From the NCBI GenBank assembly GCA_000004985.1, contig GG738880.1: a DNA stretch of 64,000 nucleotides; one strand, given 5' to 3'. Positions 9,303 to 19,410 of this stretch are shown piece after piece; position 1 is the stretch's first letter, and every line of letters begins with the position of its first letter. This DNA is from Naegleria gruberi (taxonomy: Eukaryota). The position numbers were made by a program, and so were the translations under genes. Under the pieces are notes generated by a model. The model saw only the letters and a list, made by a program, of their open reading frames with translations, was not told where the DNA came from and did not search any database.

Positions 9303-11333
9303 ATGTCTACATTTGAAAATACATCCAACTCTTCTACTAATATATCTGGTCAGTCAAAGAAGAGTGTATCCTCACCGACATCATCTGCTGATCAATCTCT
9401 TCGTGTTGGTACAACCACAGCAAGTAAATCACAACATGAAGAGTTTGTCCAACATCCACCACATGTACAACAAAGTTATTCTTCAACCACATCTGTAGCA
9501 TCACACCATGAAGCCATGTCTACCAATAATACACATGCATATAAAAGCATGTCTCCTTCCTATGCAAGTCCAGTCCATCATGTTGGTCCTATTGCCACTA
9601 GTACTATTACTACTAACTATCAAAATAGCTCCACAACCGATAGTTCTCAACAAGGAGCAATAAGCAACCATCGTTTATCCAATCATAGAAACTCTCCGCC
9701 AACAAGTGCATCCTTCATTTCCAGAGGCCAAACTTTTGTCCAACAAGAAAATGAATCAAACCACTTTAATAACAACACAACAAAAACATCCAACAACCAA
9801 CACGTTCCTTCTTCATATCCATTGCATCATCAACATTCTAGCATGGTGAATGGTAACAGTGTTGGTGGAAACGGTACTACGACAAATCATTCTAACAACA
9901 ATATGGCAAGCATTCATCACCACGATCAAGACAAGATTGCATATCATTCAAATCAAAGTATGAATAGTACTAATGCATCATACAGTATGAACACTAATTC
10001 ATTTGATAACATGGGTTCGAGATCAATTTCACATTCATCAAATAATGCATCTATACATGATAAAAATCTATTACCTTCTCTTCATATATTGATGGATCCT
10101 CCTACTTCAACCTCACCAAGTAATCCAATTCCACATAGTAATAACTCTCGTGTCTATGCACCTCCTAGCAGTAATCCTAATAATGGTCACATGCGTCAAT
10201 CTTCATCAAATAATTTACAACAATCAAATTATAATATGAATCATCAACCCCCAATCACACCAATTCCTTATTCACAACATGTGAATGATTATCCTCCAAC
10301 TAATCATGTTCCTCCTCCATACATTAACAAGGCTTCACATCACATAGACATGTTTTCAAATCCACCAAATAATAATATCATTAAATCCTCACCATCATCA
10401 TCTAACATGGATACAATGTATGCACCTCGTCCTATCAGGAGTAGGAGTAATACAAGTGGTCCTAATAATGCATCATTTAATTCTCCTCAATCATCCTCTG
10501 TTAATAATCATCATCAAAATACTGACAGTACTGTTTACTCATTTGAACAACCAGCCAAAATTAAAAAGAAGAAAGCCCTTCCTTCTTCTAACGACGATTC
10601 GAATGATGCAGATAAAAAGAATTGGAAAAAGAAGAGATTATTTAGTATTGATGAAGTGACAGATCTTGTTGCATTTGTAAAACAACGTTCCGAGAATCAA
10701 GAATTAACACGTGATGTTAATTATGCTATATTTAAGGAATATGAGAAATTACAAGATGAAAGAAGAAGAGCAAGTGTTTATAGAAAGAAATATGTGCAAT
10801 TATTTGAAAGACATTTGATTTCAAAAGACGGCACAATTGACCCTTCACTCTTCCAAGAATATGATCAAAGAACATCTTCTACTTCTAAATCTAAAGGCTC
10901 ACATCCAGAAGATGCTCAAGAAAAGAGAAAATTCTCTGATGTTGAAGAGGATTCTAGCTCTGAGGGAAGTAATATTGAAGAAGAAAAGAAAACAAAAAAG
11001 CTTAAGAGAGAATACTCTGATGAGGAAGATGAAGAAATAGAGAATGCATCCCCATCTGAGGAAAAGAAAAAGAATATGAATATTTGTGTATCATATAAGG
11101 GAAAGAATTATTTACATTCTATAGAGAAGCAAATTCTCCAAAATTCAGATTCAATCCACAATTATTTCAACCAATTGGCAGTCTCTTCATTGTGTTACAA
11201 CAGCGATACAGAACTCATTAGAAGCGAGTCTATTGAATACTTTGACTATTCATTTGGTGAATTCATTCAAATCAATTCATTTTCCATTACTAGGGTTCTC
11301 AAAAGCAGTCCTGTAAAATTGAGAATAAACTAA
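9303..11333 (+). CDS. hypothetical low-complexity (Asn/Ser/His/Gln-rich) protein with a charged C-terminal region (676 aa)
   Basis: Long uninterrupted ORF. The N-terminal two-thirds is compositionally biased. The C-terminal part (...KKNWKKKRLFSIDEVTDLVAFVKQRSENQELTRDVNYAIFKEYEKLQDERRRASVYRKKYVQLFERHLISKDG...) is not biased, followed by acidic/Lys-rich tails. No family recognised. Confidence 0.6.
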   Translation: MSTFENTSNSSTNISGQSKKSVSSPTSSADQSLRVGTTTASKSQHEEFVQHPPHVQQSYSSTTSVASHHEAMSTNNTHAYKSMSPSYASPVHHVGPIATSTITTNYQNSSTTDSSQQGAISNHRLSNHRNSPPTSASFISRGQTFVQQENESNHFNNNTTKTSNNQHVPSSYPLHHQHSSMVNGNSVGGNGTTTNHSNNNMASIHHHDQDKIAYHSNQSMNSTNASYSMNTNSFDNMGSRSISHSSNNASIHDKNLLPSLHILMDPPTSTSPSNPIPHSNNSRVYAPPSSNPNNGHMRQSSSNNLQQSNYNMNHQPPITPIPYSQHVNDYPPTNHVPPPYINKASHHIDMFSNPPNNNIIKSSPSSSNMDTMYAPRPIRSRSNTSGPNNASFNSPQSSSVNNHHQNTDSTVYSFEQPAKIKKKKALPSSNDDSNDADKKNWKKKRLFSIDEVTDLVAFVKQRSENQELTRDVNYAIFKEYEKLQDERRRASVYRKKYVQLFERHLISKDGTIDPSLFQEYDQRTSSTSKSKGSHPEDAQEKRKFSDVEEDSSSEGSNIEEEKKTKKLKREYSDEEDEEIENASPSEEKKKNMNICVSYKGKNYLHSIEKQILQNSDSIHNYFNQLAVSSLCYNSDTELIRSESIEYFDYSFGEFIQINSFSITRVLKSSPVKLRIN

Positions 11334-11397
11334 AATTGTATCCTAATTTACTTTTTTAGAATATGATGAACAATTTAAAATATTTTCTCTAGTTAGC

Positions 11398-12000
11398 ATG
11401 CGAAAGGTAAATTCGGCAAAACGACATCAAACCAGTCAATTAAAAAAAATGAAACGAATCGTAACCTACGAGCATAACAATTCGAAACTTATTCTCTTCT
11501 TCTTATTATTGGCAGCTATCATCATCTACATCTCTAACTTTGTAAATTGTGATTGTTCATGGAAACTTCTTCCAAGATGCAAAACTCCAAGAAAAACCTA
11601 TCGACCAAAAACCAATGGATGTGGTCCTCAACAACAACTTCTTTCAGGACTATTAAATGTTGTCACTTCTTCAGTTTCTAGAGAATTTGTCGAATGTTGC
11701 AACCAACACGATCGTTGCTATGGACAGTGTGGTGTTTCAAAATCGGATTGTGATAAACAATTCAGAGCGTGTATGATCAACAAGTGTTATCTGGATCTTG
11801 CGTGTCGACTGAAAGCTTTTAGTTTATTCAATGCAGTCAGTCGACCAAATCCTTGGAGTTGTAGAGCTTACATTGGAGGTCAGATTGCCGCCTGTGATTG
11901 TTCATCACAACCAACAACAAACAATCAAACACCACAAGAAGAACAACCAATTTCCTTACCAGAACCTTCTGTTAAATTATATCGACTTAAAATCAATTAA
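11398..12000 (+). CDS. secreted phospholipase A2, group XII-like (start more likely Met at 11449: MKRIVTYEHNNSKLILFFLLLAAIIIYISNFVNC = signal/anchor)
   Basis: CCNQHDRCYGQCGVSKSDCDKQFRACM closely matches the group XIIA sPLA2 active-site block (CCNQHDRCYETCGKSKNDCDEEF, catalytic His-Asp). It lies in a Cys-rich setting after a hydrophobic N-terminus. The group XIIA comparison block is recalled from memory, not searched. Confidence 0.6.
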   Translation: MRKVNSAKRHQTSQLKKMKRIVTYEHNNSKLILFFLLLAAIIIYISNFVNCDCSWKLLPRCKTPRKTYRPKTNGCGPQQQLLSGLLNVVTSSVSREFVECCNQHDRCYGQCGVSKSDCDKQFRACMINKCYLDLACRLKAFSLFNAVSRPNPWSCRAYIGGQIAACDCSSQPTTNNQTPQEEQPISLPEPSVKLYRLKIN

Positions 12001-12365
12001 GACAAGTGAGGCGAAACTAAAAGTTGTACATTCTTGGAAAAATTCTTCCGAAATCTCAACGAGGAATTAATCATTAAGGATATCCGCTCCTCAAGATTCA
12101 TCAGGTCCAAATAATATAATAGGATTGGACTCCTCTCGGTGTACACCGGTGTACTTGAGTGGAATGAGGAAATTTTACTGTTGAAAATTCAGATAATATT
12201 TTGGCCGTATTGAATCTTAATTATAACACGGCCAAATTATTTTATATAAATTTGGGGTTCCACAAATAAGAATATATTAACTTCTATTTCAACACAGTGA
12301 AAAGTTTGTAAATACCATTACAAATATTATCAAGCTGCTTAAGATTAAGGTTTTAAGGAAATGAA

Positions 12366-12485
12366 TGGCTACGGCCATATCACGATGAATGCACCTCATC
12401 CCGTCCGATTTGAGAAGTTAAGCATCGTCGAGCCACATCAGTACTGAGGTTGGAGACAACTTGGGAACCTGTGGTGCTGTAGTCT
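12366..12485 (+). rRNA. 5S ribosomal RNA gene
   Basis: GGCTACGGCCATATCACGATGAATGCACCTCATCCCGTCCGATTTGAGAAGTTAAGCATCGTCGAGCCACATCAGTACTGAGGTTGGAGACAACTTGGGAACCTGTGGTGCTGTAGTCT matches the universal 5S blocks (GCCTACGGCCATAC, CCCGTCCGAT, GAAGTTAAGC, AGTACT, TGGGAA, GGTGCTGTAG). The 5' and 3' ends can pair as helix I. A T5 run follows. Confidence 0.85.
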
Positions 12486-12490
12486 TTTTA
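12486..12490 (+). terminator. Pol III terminator (TTTTT) immediately after the 5S gene
   Basis: gctgtagtcTTTTTac. Confidence 0.5.
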
Positions 12491-12635
12491 CTTTCATTAT
12501 TATAATAGTGCAGATTGTAAACGTAAAGGCGAACTGACTTGGGTTTATTTTTTGACACCTCTACCAGCGCCATGTTTAATAACTGTCATAATACTAAGGA
12601 AAATTTTATGATAAGTAATCGAAAAGAATTGTGAA

Positions 12636-12700
12636 ATCGGGTGTGGTATAGTGGTAGCATTCCAGACTGTCACTCTGGCGACCCGGACCTCCTACTCGAG
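12636..12700 (+). pseudogene. degenerate tRNA-Asp(GTC)-like element: intact 5' half and anticodon arm, no T-arm
   Basis: TCGGGTG TG GTAT AGTGGTAG CAT T CCAGA CTGTCAC TCTGG CGAC CCGGACCTCCTACTCGAG. The acceptor 5' strand, D-arm (A-box TAGTGGTAG) and anticodon stem-loop with GUC are tRNA-Asp-like. No GTTCGANTC B-box or T-stem follows, and no 3' acceptor strand is present. It lies 150 nt downstream of the 5S gene. Confidence 0.4.
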
Positions 12701-13043
12701 TAATAATTTTATATTTTCTAGTTCAATATTTATTATTTTTAGTTCAATTTTCATTTTTTGGTAGTTTAGATATTTTACTTGAATATTGTGTTTTTATTTT
12801 TTTTAAAATTTCTTCTATTTCCATTTTTAGAAGCCTCTGTTTGTACCACATTTTTTTTCACAGAGACAGATAGGTTATAGAAATTATCAAATTTCTAAAT
12901 TTCATCACCATCGACAACATAATATCAGATTAGAATCTTTCATTTTCGAAATGGTGTTTTAGATAAAAAGCCTAAATGCTAGTATAATTAAATCTCAATT
13001 TATTAAATATATATTAACCATTTTCAATGTCTACATTTTTAAT

Positions 13044-14324
13044 CTATTGATTTGGAAGTCTGAAATTCATTCTATCGATGTATAACCACAATTTTCTTGA
13101 ATCAATTTCTAATGGACAAGCATATGGAACATTCCAATCATTGGCAGTTTTACTACCCCATGTATGACTTAATAGTTTGACAGTTGAAGTGTAGAGAGCT
13201 GGATTCATTCTCATCTTTTGTTGCATTGGCAAGTAGTAGAACTCAACCATTGATCCAAACCCTCCACCAATGTTTGAGAATTGAACTTGAGAAACTGAGT
13301 TACCATCGAAACTAATTGGACAGCCAGCGAGAGAGGAATATTTGAATAGCTCATTAAGCAATTGATCGCAGTCTTGATCTGGAACACAGTTTTCAACAAC
13401 TACATATCCGAAACGATGGAAGAAATCAATGTGCTTTTGAGTTAGGAAATGATCATTCTCTTTCAATATTTGACTCAAGATGCTTGAGTTTTCTCCATTT
13501 TCTTCCATAATACTTTCGTATGGTTTCTCATTATAAAGACATTCACCTAATGGGGTCAATGGTACTAAATCATTTTCTGGGTGCAAATACATTTGCTCAA
13601 CTCTAAACTTGGTTCCAAAATCATCTGGATGTTCAAAAGTCTTTCTCTTTTCTCTCAATTTCTCAATTGTGTTTCGGTTGACTGGATCTGTACAACTGTA
13701 AGCATGATAAAACACTGAACGAGGTCTATCCATGTGATTGGCGTCTGAATTTCTGTGAGCCGTTCTGTTATCAAAAAAGATGAAATCTCCCTTCTTGATT
13801 GGAACATATTCTAAAGCATCATGCTCCTTTACAATCTTTCTCATATAGCCCAACATTTCGTCTGCATTCTCCAACTTGGTCAATTCAGAGCTTGGTGAAG
13901 GAGCTTTCCATTCTTGAGGAATTCTCTTAACTTTTCTAACCATTTCAAACAATGGCTCATCTTCCTCTTGATTAAATCTAATGTGATAAGAACTAATCCA
14001 TGGAGATTTAACTCTGAAACCTTTTCCATTTCTAACTTTTTGATCCATGGCAGGAAAATATCTTTCTGCAACGGAGGCAAATCCAGGAATTACTTCCAAA
14101 CCTCCTTCTTTCTTGTTTGGATCAGAATCACCATCTGTTAAACAAACCATAGATTGAAAAGGTCTGAATCTGTCCAATTCTTCATAGGTCATGTCAGATT
14201 TTAATTTTTTCCACAAATTGTAAGGCCAAGAATCCAAATGAAGACCAGTTCCTTTTTGAATAAGGAGGGCTTCTTCTTCTTCTGTGGTTTTTACCTTTTG
14301 TGGTTGTTGATTAGTAGTGCTCAT
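13044..14324 (-). CDS. phytanoyl-CoA dioxygenase (PhyH)-like 2OG-Fe(II) oxygenase family protein (ORF extends to 14375; MSTTNQQ at 14324 is the more likely start)
   Basis: GGLEVIPGF and KGDFIFFDNRTAHRNSDANHMDRPRSVFY resemble PhyH-family blocks (G.LevvPGSH ... GD.v.F...l.H.S..N.S...R.a.y). The C-terminal half (FLTQKHIDFFHRFGYVVVENCVPDQDCDQLLNELF) resembles the N-terminal part of a second PhyH-like domain. Confidence 0.4.
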   Translation of the reverse strand: MSTTNQQPQKVKTTEEEEALLIQKGTGLHLDSWPYNLWKKLKSDMTYEELDRFRPFQSMVCLTDGDSDPNKKEGGLEVIPGFASVAERYFPAMDQKVRNGKGFRVKSPWISSYHIRFNQEEDEPLFEMVRKVKRIPQEWKAPSPSSELTKLENADEMLGYMRKIVKEHDALEYVPIKKGDFIFFDNRTAHRNSDANHMDRPRSVFYHAYSCTDPVNRNTIEKLREKRKTFEHPDDFGTKFRVEQMYLHPENDLVPLTPLGECLYNEKPYESIMEENGENSSILSQILKENDHFLTQKHIDFFHRFGYVVVENCVPDQDCDQLLNELFKYSSLAGCPISFDGNSVSQVQFSNIGGGFGSMVEFYYLPMQQKMRMNPALYTSTVKLLSHTWGSKTANDWNVPYACPLEIDSRKLWLYIDRMNFRLPNQ

Positions 14325-14648
14325 AGTAGTGCAAGTTGATTTTGGGAATTTTTTTTGAATTGCCAAGATTTTCAATCGCGCTGTACTATTTTTTATTTAA
14401 AATCTATTTTTACTTTACAAAATGGACATTGTAAAAATAGTTCGGAATGGAATATTATAATTTTTAATCAATTAGAGAAGTATTAGCATGACGTCAGTTT
14501 TTCAGAGGTGGGTACTTTTCCTTTGTTCAAATTATATGAAAAAATAAAAACCTCATCTTTGAAATGCTCCAATTTTCGACCACCTTAATATTCTTGGCTG
14601 TGTGGAAAATTTGGTGTTTTATTGTAATGGTTTTAGGAATTCGCTCGG

Positions 14649-16649
14649 CTAGAGGATTTCCAGACCAGTTTCATAGGAAATTATGTGCGATTGGGAGAAA
14701 TTTCTCTTTTCAAGATCAGCTAATGCTATTGAAATGCTTAGTGTTATGTTAGCCTCATCAAAATCTGTAAATGTGTTTGAAAAGAGAACAATCTTATCAT
14801 CTTTGTAAATATCCAAATTAATGTGGTCTCTCTCATCGTTGAAACTGAATTCAAAACAGGGAACCAAAGAGGAGAAAGACCGTTTAGAAGCAGGATTTTG
14901 AAGATAAAATATCTCACAAGGTGCATCCATGTTAACAACAAGCTGTTCCTGTTTGACAATGTGAGGAGAGTAAGGAGTTGGTAGTTTGAAAGTTTTGTCA
15001 CTCAATTTGAAAGGTATCAAAGTTTCAGAATTCAAATCCAATTGATCAAAATAATGGAATATTTGCCTATTTTCTTCACGATTGTAGAAACAATAAAGCA
15101 AGCCACGTTTTGGAAATTTTCTACATGAAATAAAACTTGAATACTGAGAAAAATCTAAAAGAGCAACAAGAAACATATTCTCTCCTATCTTACTGAACAC
15201 TTCAAATTGATCTTTTGGAATCATTACTGTTTTCTCCACTTGCTCTTGATTGAATTTTGTGAATTTTTTGTGCATGTCTCTTGTACCTGCAATACCTAAT
15301 AGGAGGTTTTTTTTAGAATTGCAGAATAGGTCCTTATAAGAAGAATATCCATTATTTCCTCTGAATAGCTTTTGAAAATATTTGGCAAACCTATCTTCTT
15401 CGTGCATATCTTCCAAATCTCTCATAAATTTCAAATGTTTTCCAACAAGTAAAAAGTACAAACTCTTCCAGTCGTTTTGGTCATAAAAATAATTAATAAC
15501 TTGTTGATTGATATGCAAAGGTTTGACATATTTTCCTCTTTCTAATATCTGGTCCAATTCTTGAAGAGTGAAAGTAGAATCACAATATTTGAAAATATTT
15601 TCAGCTATGATTGAGTTGTGGGTCAGATTCTTCCAAATCAAATTATTATTCATTATGAAGTGATTCCACTGCTTACAGACTAATCTCATCTGTAAAAGAA
15701 TTTCCTGTGAATCGAAGTGTTCAAGAATAACACTGTGTACTTCACTAGGAATATTAGAAAAGGCAATTGTATCTATCTTTTGGTTGATGCAAATTGACGG
15801 TAATTCTTGATTATATCCATAGAATAATGTCATGTCAACAAGTGGAATCATATCTATGTGACAAAAAACAGTCATTCTCAATTCCTCATCAGCAGCTATT
15901 GCAGCATGCATGATTCCAGATGAAATACATGGGGAATTAATATCTACAGCCTGATTTCCTGAGAGTTCAAGTATTTCTGCAGCCAAATAATCCAATATTG
16001 AACCAATACCTTTGAAATATAAATTCACATCTTGCTCATCTTCTCTAAGTATTGAAGGAGAGTAATCAAAATATTTCAAAACAAAATCTTGCATCTTTTT
16101 TTCATTAATACCAAAGAGTTTCATATTTTCACCACTTTTCAGGGAGGTCAAATTTTTTTGTGTCTCTTTGGCAGCAAAAATTTTCAATTCATTTGGCAAG
16201 TATTTTTCAGTCAATTGGTCAAAATAGTCATGCAGTGAAAATTTACCACTCAGTTTAACCCTCTTTTCTCCGTCATATGAATCATCAGCCTTTTTAGTGG
16301 CCAATTGTTGATCGTCAAGCAATTTAACATCATGTCCAATAAATAATTGATTATTGAAAAATTGTTTAGAAAATTCAACATGTCTGTCAATACAGAATTT
16401 CCTCAACATTTGCACATATTCCTCCTTTCCCAATTTTACCTTGAAAAGTTTGGGAGTATCAATAATAAATGTCCACATCATGATATTTAGAAAGTATTCT
16501 AATTGTCTTGATGCTTCCTTAGTCAAGCTCGTGTCTCGGAAGTACATTATCTCCAATATTTTGTTTAAATCATAAATATTGTTGTGAGAGCGAGAGGATG
16601 ACCATATTTCATCAGAATCGAGTGGAAAGAAATCTATTACTGATGGCAT
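14649..16649 (-). CDS. hypothetical protein with an internal F-box domain (666 aa)
   Basis: Uninterrupted 2 kb ORF. ...PSEVHSVILEHFDSQEILLQMRLVCKQWNHFIMNNNLIWKNL is a canonical F-box. The remainder is unrecognised. Confidence 0.6.
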   Translation of the reverse strand: MPSVIDFFPLDSDEIWSSSRSHNNIYDLNKILEIMYFRDTSLTKEASRQLEYFLNIMMWTFIIDTPKLFKVKLGKEEYVQMLRKFCIDRHVEFSKQFFNNQLFIGHDVKLLDDQQLATKKADDSYDGEKRVKLSGKFSLHDYFDQLTEKYLPNELKIFAAKETQKNLTSLKSGENMKLFGINEKKMQDFVLKYFDYSPSILREDEQDVNLYFKGIGSILDYLAAEILELSGNQAVDINSPCISSGIMHAAIAADEELRMTVFCHIDMIPLVDMTLFYGYNQELPSICINQKIDTIAFSNIPSEVHSVILEHFDSQEILLQMRLVCKQWNHFIMNNNLIWKNLTHNSIIAENIFKYCDSTFTLQELDQILERGKYVKPLHINQQVINYFYDQNDWKSLYFLLVGKHLKFMRDLEDMHEEDRFAKYFQKLFRGNNGYSSYKDLFCNSKKNLLLGIAGTRDMHKKFTKFNQEQVEKTVMIPKDQFEVFSKIGENMFLVALLDFSQYSSFISCRKFPKRGLLYCFYNREENRQIFHYFDQLDLNSETLIPFKLSDKTFKLPTPYSPHIVKQEQLVVNMDAPCEIFYLQNPASKRSFSSLVPCFEFSFNDERDHINLDIYKDDKIVLFSNTFTDFDEANITLSISIALADLEKRNFSQSHIISYETGLEIL

Positions 16650-16943
16650 TTTTTTAGTTTTTAAATATTTTAAATATTTTAATTACAAAATATTGAGTCA
16701 CTCTATCACATAAGTCGACATGCCTTTACAATACAATTGTTTAGTTAGAAATTCCAAAGATGAAGATGATCGGAAATTCAATTAAATCAAGCAAATGATC
16801 GGAATTTATTTGTGCTGAATGCACTAGTAGTTTGTTCGTGCGAGCATAAATAATTGAACGCACGAGCTAGGTTTTCCGAACTATTCTCAAGCAACCAATT
16901 CAGAAAACAATTTAAAATCTCAGTTTATTTAACAGCAAATTTC

Positions 16944-16993
16944 AAACAAAAACAAACAAAACAAAAGCAACAAAACAAAATCAACAAAACAAA
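16944..16993 (+). repeat. (CAAAA/CAAAACAAA)n simple-sequence 5' leader directly upstream of the ATG at 16994
   Basis: caaacaaaaacaaacaaaacaaaagcaacaaaacaaaatcaacaaaacaaaATG. Confidence 0.5.
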
Positions 16994-17962
16994 ATGACTA
17001 GAATTATTGCTGTTACTGGTGCCACAGGTTATATTGCCGGACATATTATCAAAGAATTGCTCGAACATGGACACAATGTCAGAGCAATTGTGAGAGATTT
17101 AACCAACAAGAAAAAGTATGAATATTTGAAACAATTTGTAAAGAATCAAGATGATAAACAGTTGGAATTTGTTGAAGCTAAAGGAAGTTCCATTGAGGAT
17201 TATGCTCCAGTTTTGATTGGAGCTGATGCAGTCATTCACACTGCTACACCATTTGTAGTTACAGCAGAAGATCCTCAACGTGATATTGTTGATCCAGCTA
17301 TTAATTTGACACGAGCTGTCATTCTTGCTTCAATTAAAAGTAAGGTAAAGAGAGTTGTTGTTACTAGCTCAGGTGGTGCATTCCTCAATAACCCAATTCC
17401 AGATAATTATACCTACACTGCTAAAGATTGGAATGAATCATGCTCCTTGACCAATAATCCATACTTTTATTCCAAGACACTTGCTGAGAAGGAAGCTTGG
17501 AAACTCTATGAAGAACACAAGAGTGAATTTGAGTTGGTTGTTGTAAACCCATTGTATGTTTTTGGTCCATTATTGAATGGTGAGCTGAACACCAGTGTTA
17601 AACATGCCTTGGCCTACTTGATGGGATACACTCAAGAGGTTTATCCAATGAGTACTGGATTTGTTGATGTGAGAGATGTTGCCAAGGCACACGTCATTGC
17701 TGTTGAGAATCAACAAGCAGCTGGACAGAGATTATTCTGTTGTGATTCAGTTCATGCAATGGAAGATCTTCCAAAAGAAATTAAGAGACAATATCCTCAA
17801 TACCCAATTGGAGCATTCGAATTCAATACCAAGGCACAATTATTCTCAATCGATGTTGAACCGTTGAAGAAATTTGGACTAACACAATACATTGGATTTG
17901 AACAAATGGTCAAGGATACAATCGAATCACTCATTCATTTTGGCCTTGTTGAGAAGAAATAA
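16994..17962 (+). CDS. NAD(P)-dependent epimerase/dehydratase-family reductase (cinnamoyl-CoA reductase / DFR / GRE2-like), 322 aa
   Basis: N-terminal Rossmann motif IAVTGATGYIAGHIIKELLEHGHNVRAIVRD. It also has ...VIHTATPF..., a YxxxK-type region (YFYSKTLAEKEAW) and ...VVNPLYVFGP..., typical of this extended-SDR subfamily. Confidence 0.8.
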   Translation: MTRIIAVTGATGYIAGHIIKELLEHGHNVRAIVRDLTNKKKYEYLKQFVKNQDDKQLEFVEAKGSSIEDYAPVLIGADAVIHTATPFVVTAEDPQRDIVDPAINLTRAVILASIKSKVKRVVVTSSGGAFLNNPIPDNYTYTAKDWNESCSLTNNPYFYSKTLAEKEAWKLYEEHKSEFELVVVNPLYVFGPLLNGELNTSVKHALAYLMGYTQEVYPMSTGFVDVRDVAKAHVIAVENQQAAGQRLFCCDSVHAMEDLPKEIKRQYPQYPIGAFEFNTKAQLFSIDVEPLKKFGLTQYIGFEQMVKDTIESLIHFGLVEKK

Positions 17963-18102
17963 ATCTATTTCTACAAAAATATCAAACCAATTGATATCGC
18001 CAGAAGATGATAACCAGTAGGTGCAAATTCAAAATCTTCACTTTTCTAAGCGATTTTAAAAAAAATACAACAAATTCTTTTCTTCCGTTGCTACACTAGT
18101 AA

Positions 18103-19410
18103 TTGTTCAATAACAAGATGGATAACAAGGAAAATAATTCATCACTACAAGAAAAGCATCTCTTGGAAAAATCACCAAAAGATATGACTCATGAAGAGTT
18201 GGTTAAAATTGCCACTCTCTATCAAGAGGAAAAGAGAAAATCGGAATCTGGAAACAAGCAAAATAAAAAGAAAAAGAAGAAGAAGGAGCAAGTTATAGAT
18301 TGGAGTACACAGACCTATAGACACATTGCTTTAAAGATTGCCTATCTTGGTTTTAATTATCAAGGATTATCGAAACAGCTTCACACTCCCAACACAATTG
18401 AACATCATCTTTTTGAAGCTTTGAAAACTTTAAAACTTATAGAGCACGAGGATAATTGTGAATTTACTAAATGTGGAAGAACTGATAAGGGTGTCTCTGC
18501 ACTTGGTCAAGTTGTCTCATTCAATTGTAGATATAATCCAAAGAAGAATGACTATGTTAGACTCATCAATAGTTTACTTCCAGACGATATTAGAGTATTA
18601 GCCTGGTGTCCAGTTTCCAAAGATTTTGATGCAAGATTTGGATGCCTCCAAAGAACATACAAATACTATTTCATACGACAAAATTTAAATATTGAAAAGA
18701 TGAAACAAGCTGCTGCTCATTTTGTTGGTGAGCATGATTTTAGAAATTTCTGTAAAATTAATGAAGAGGTAACAAACTTTAGAAGAAGAATTTTGAGTAT
18801 GGAAATTATCAAATCTGATCTATTACATCAGCAACATGGAAATGATGAGTATTTTGAAATTTATGAAATTGTAGTTTGTGGAACATCATTTTTGTGGCAT
18901 CAAGTTAGATGCATGACAGCAATTCTATTCCTTATTGGTGAAGGAAAAGAGGAACCTTCTGTCATTCCAGAATTATTAGATATTGAAAAGTACAAGGCAC
19001 GTCCAGTTTATCATATTGCATCAGAATTTCCACTTGTTTTATATGATTGTGTTTTTGAGGATTTGAAATGGATTCACACCAATGACATGATTTCATCTCA
19101 AGCCGATTTAACAAATCATTTCTATGAAATGTGGAGAAGTAGTTCATTGAAATCGACCATGTACAACATCTTTTATCAAGCTGCAAACAATACTCTAGTG
19201 GATAATAGTAATACATTTGGAAAAGATCTCAATACTAATGTGGATTCGAACACTGAAGATGCAACAAGAAAATATACAACTGTCAAGAAAGCTGTCAAGG
19301 CTATGAAACCAATTCAGAGAGGTCCCAAATATGTCAAGTTATTAGAAAGGCCAAGAGCCTTCTCTTTAGAGGAGTGTGTTGAAAGTTCCAAGAAGAAAAG
19401 AAAACAGTAG
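18103..19410 (+). CDS. tRNA pseudouridine synthase, TruA family (Pus3/Deg1-like), 435 aa
   Basis: YRHIALKIAYLGFNYQGLSKQ..., catalytic block CGRTDKGVSALGQVVSF (TruA RTDKGVHA motif with the catalytic Asp), ...RVLAWCPVSKDFDARF, ...FVGEHDFRNFCK..., LWHQVRCM. There is an N-terminal Lys-rich extension. Confidence 0.85.
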   Translation: MFNNKMDNKENNSSLQEKHLLEKSPKDMTHEELVKIATLYQEEKRKSESGNKQNKKKKKKKEQVIDWSTQTYRHIALKIAYLGFNYQGLSKQLHTPNTIEHHLFEALKTLKLIEHEDNCEFTKCGRTDKGVSALGQVVSFNCRYNPKKNDYVRLINSLLPDDIRVLAWCPVSKDFDARFGCLQRTYKYYFIRQNLNIEKMKQAAAHFVGEHDFRNFCKINEEVTNFRRRILSMEIIKSDLLHQQHGNDEYFEIYEIVVCGTSFLWHQVRCMTAILFLIGEGKEEPSVIPELLDIEKYKARPVYHIASEFPLVLYDCVFEDLKWIHTNDMISSQADLTNHFYEMWRSSSLKSTMYNIFYQAANNTLVDNSNTFGKDLNTNVDSNTEDATRKYTTVKKAVKAMKPIQRGPKYVKLLERPRAFSLEECVESSKKKRKQ

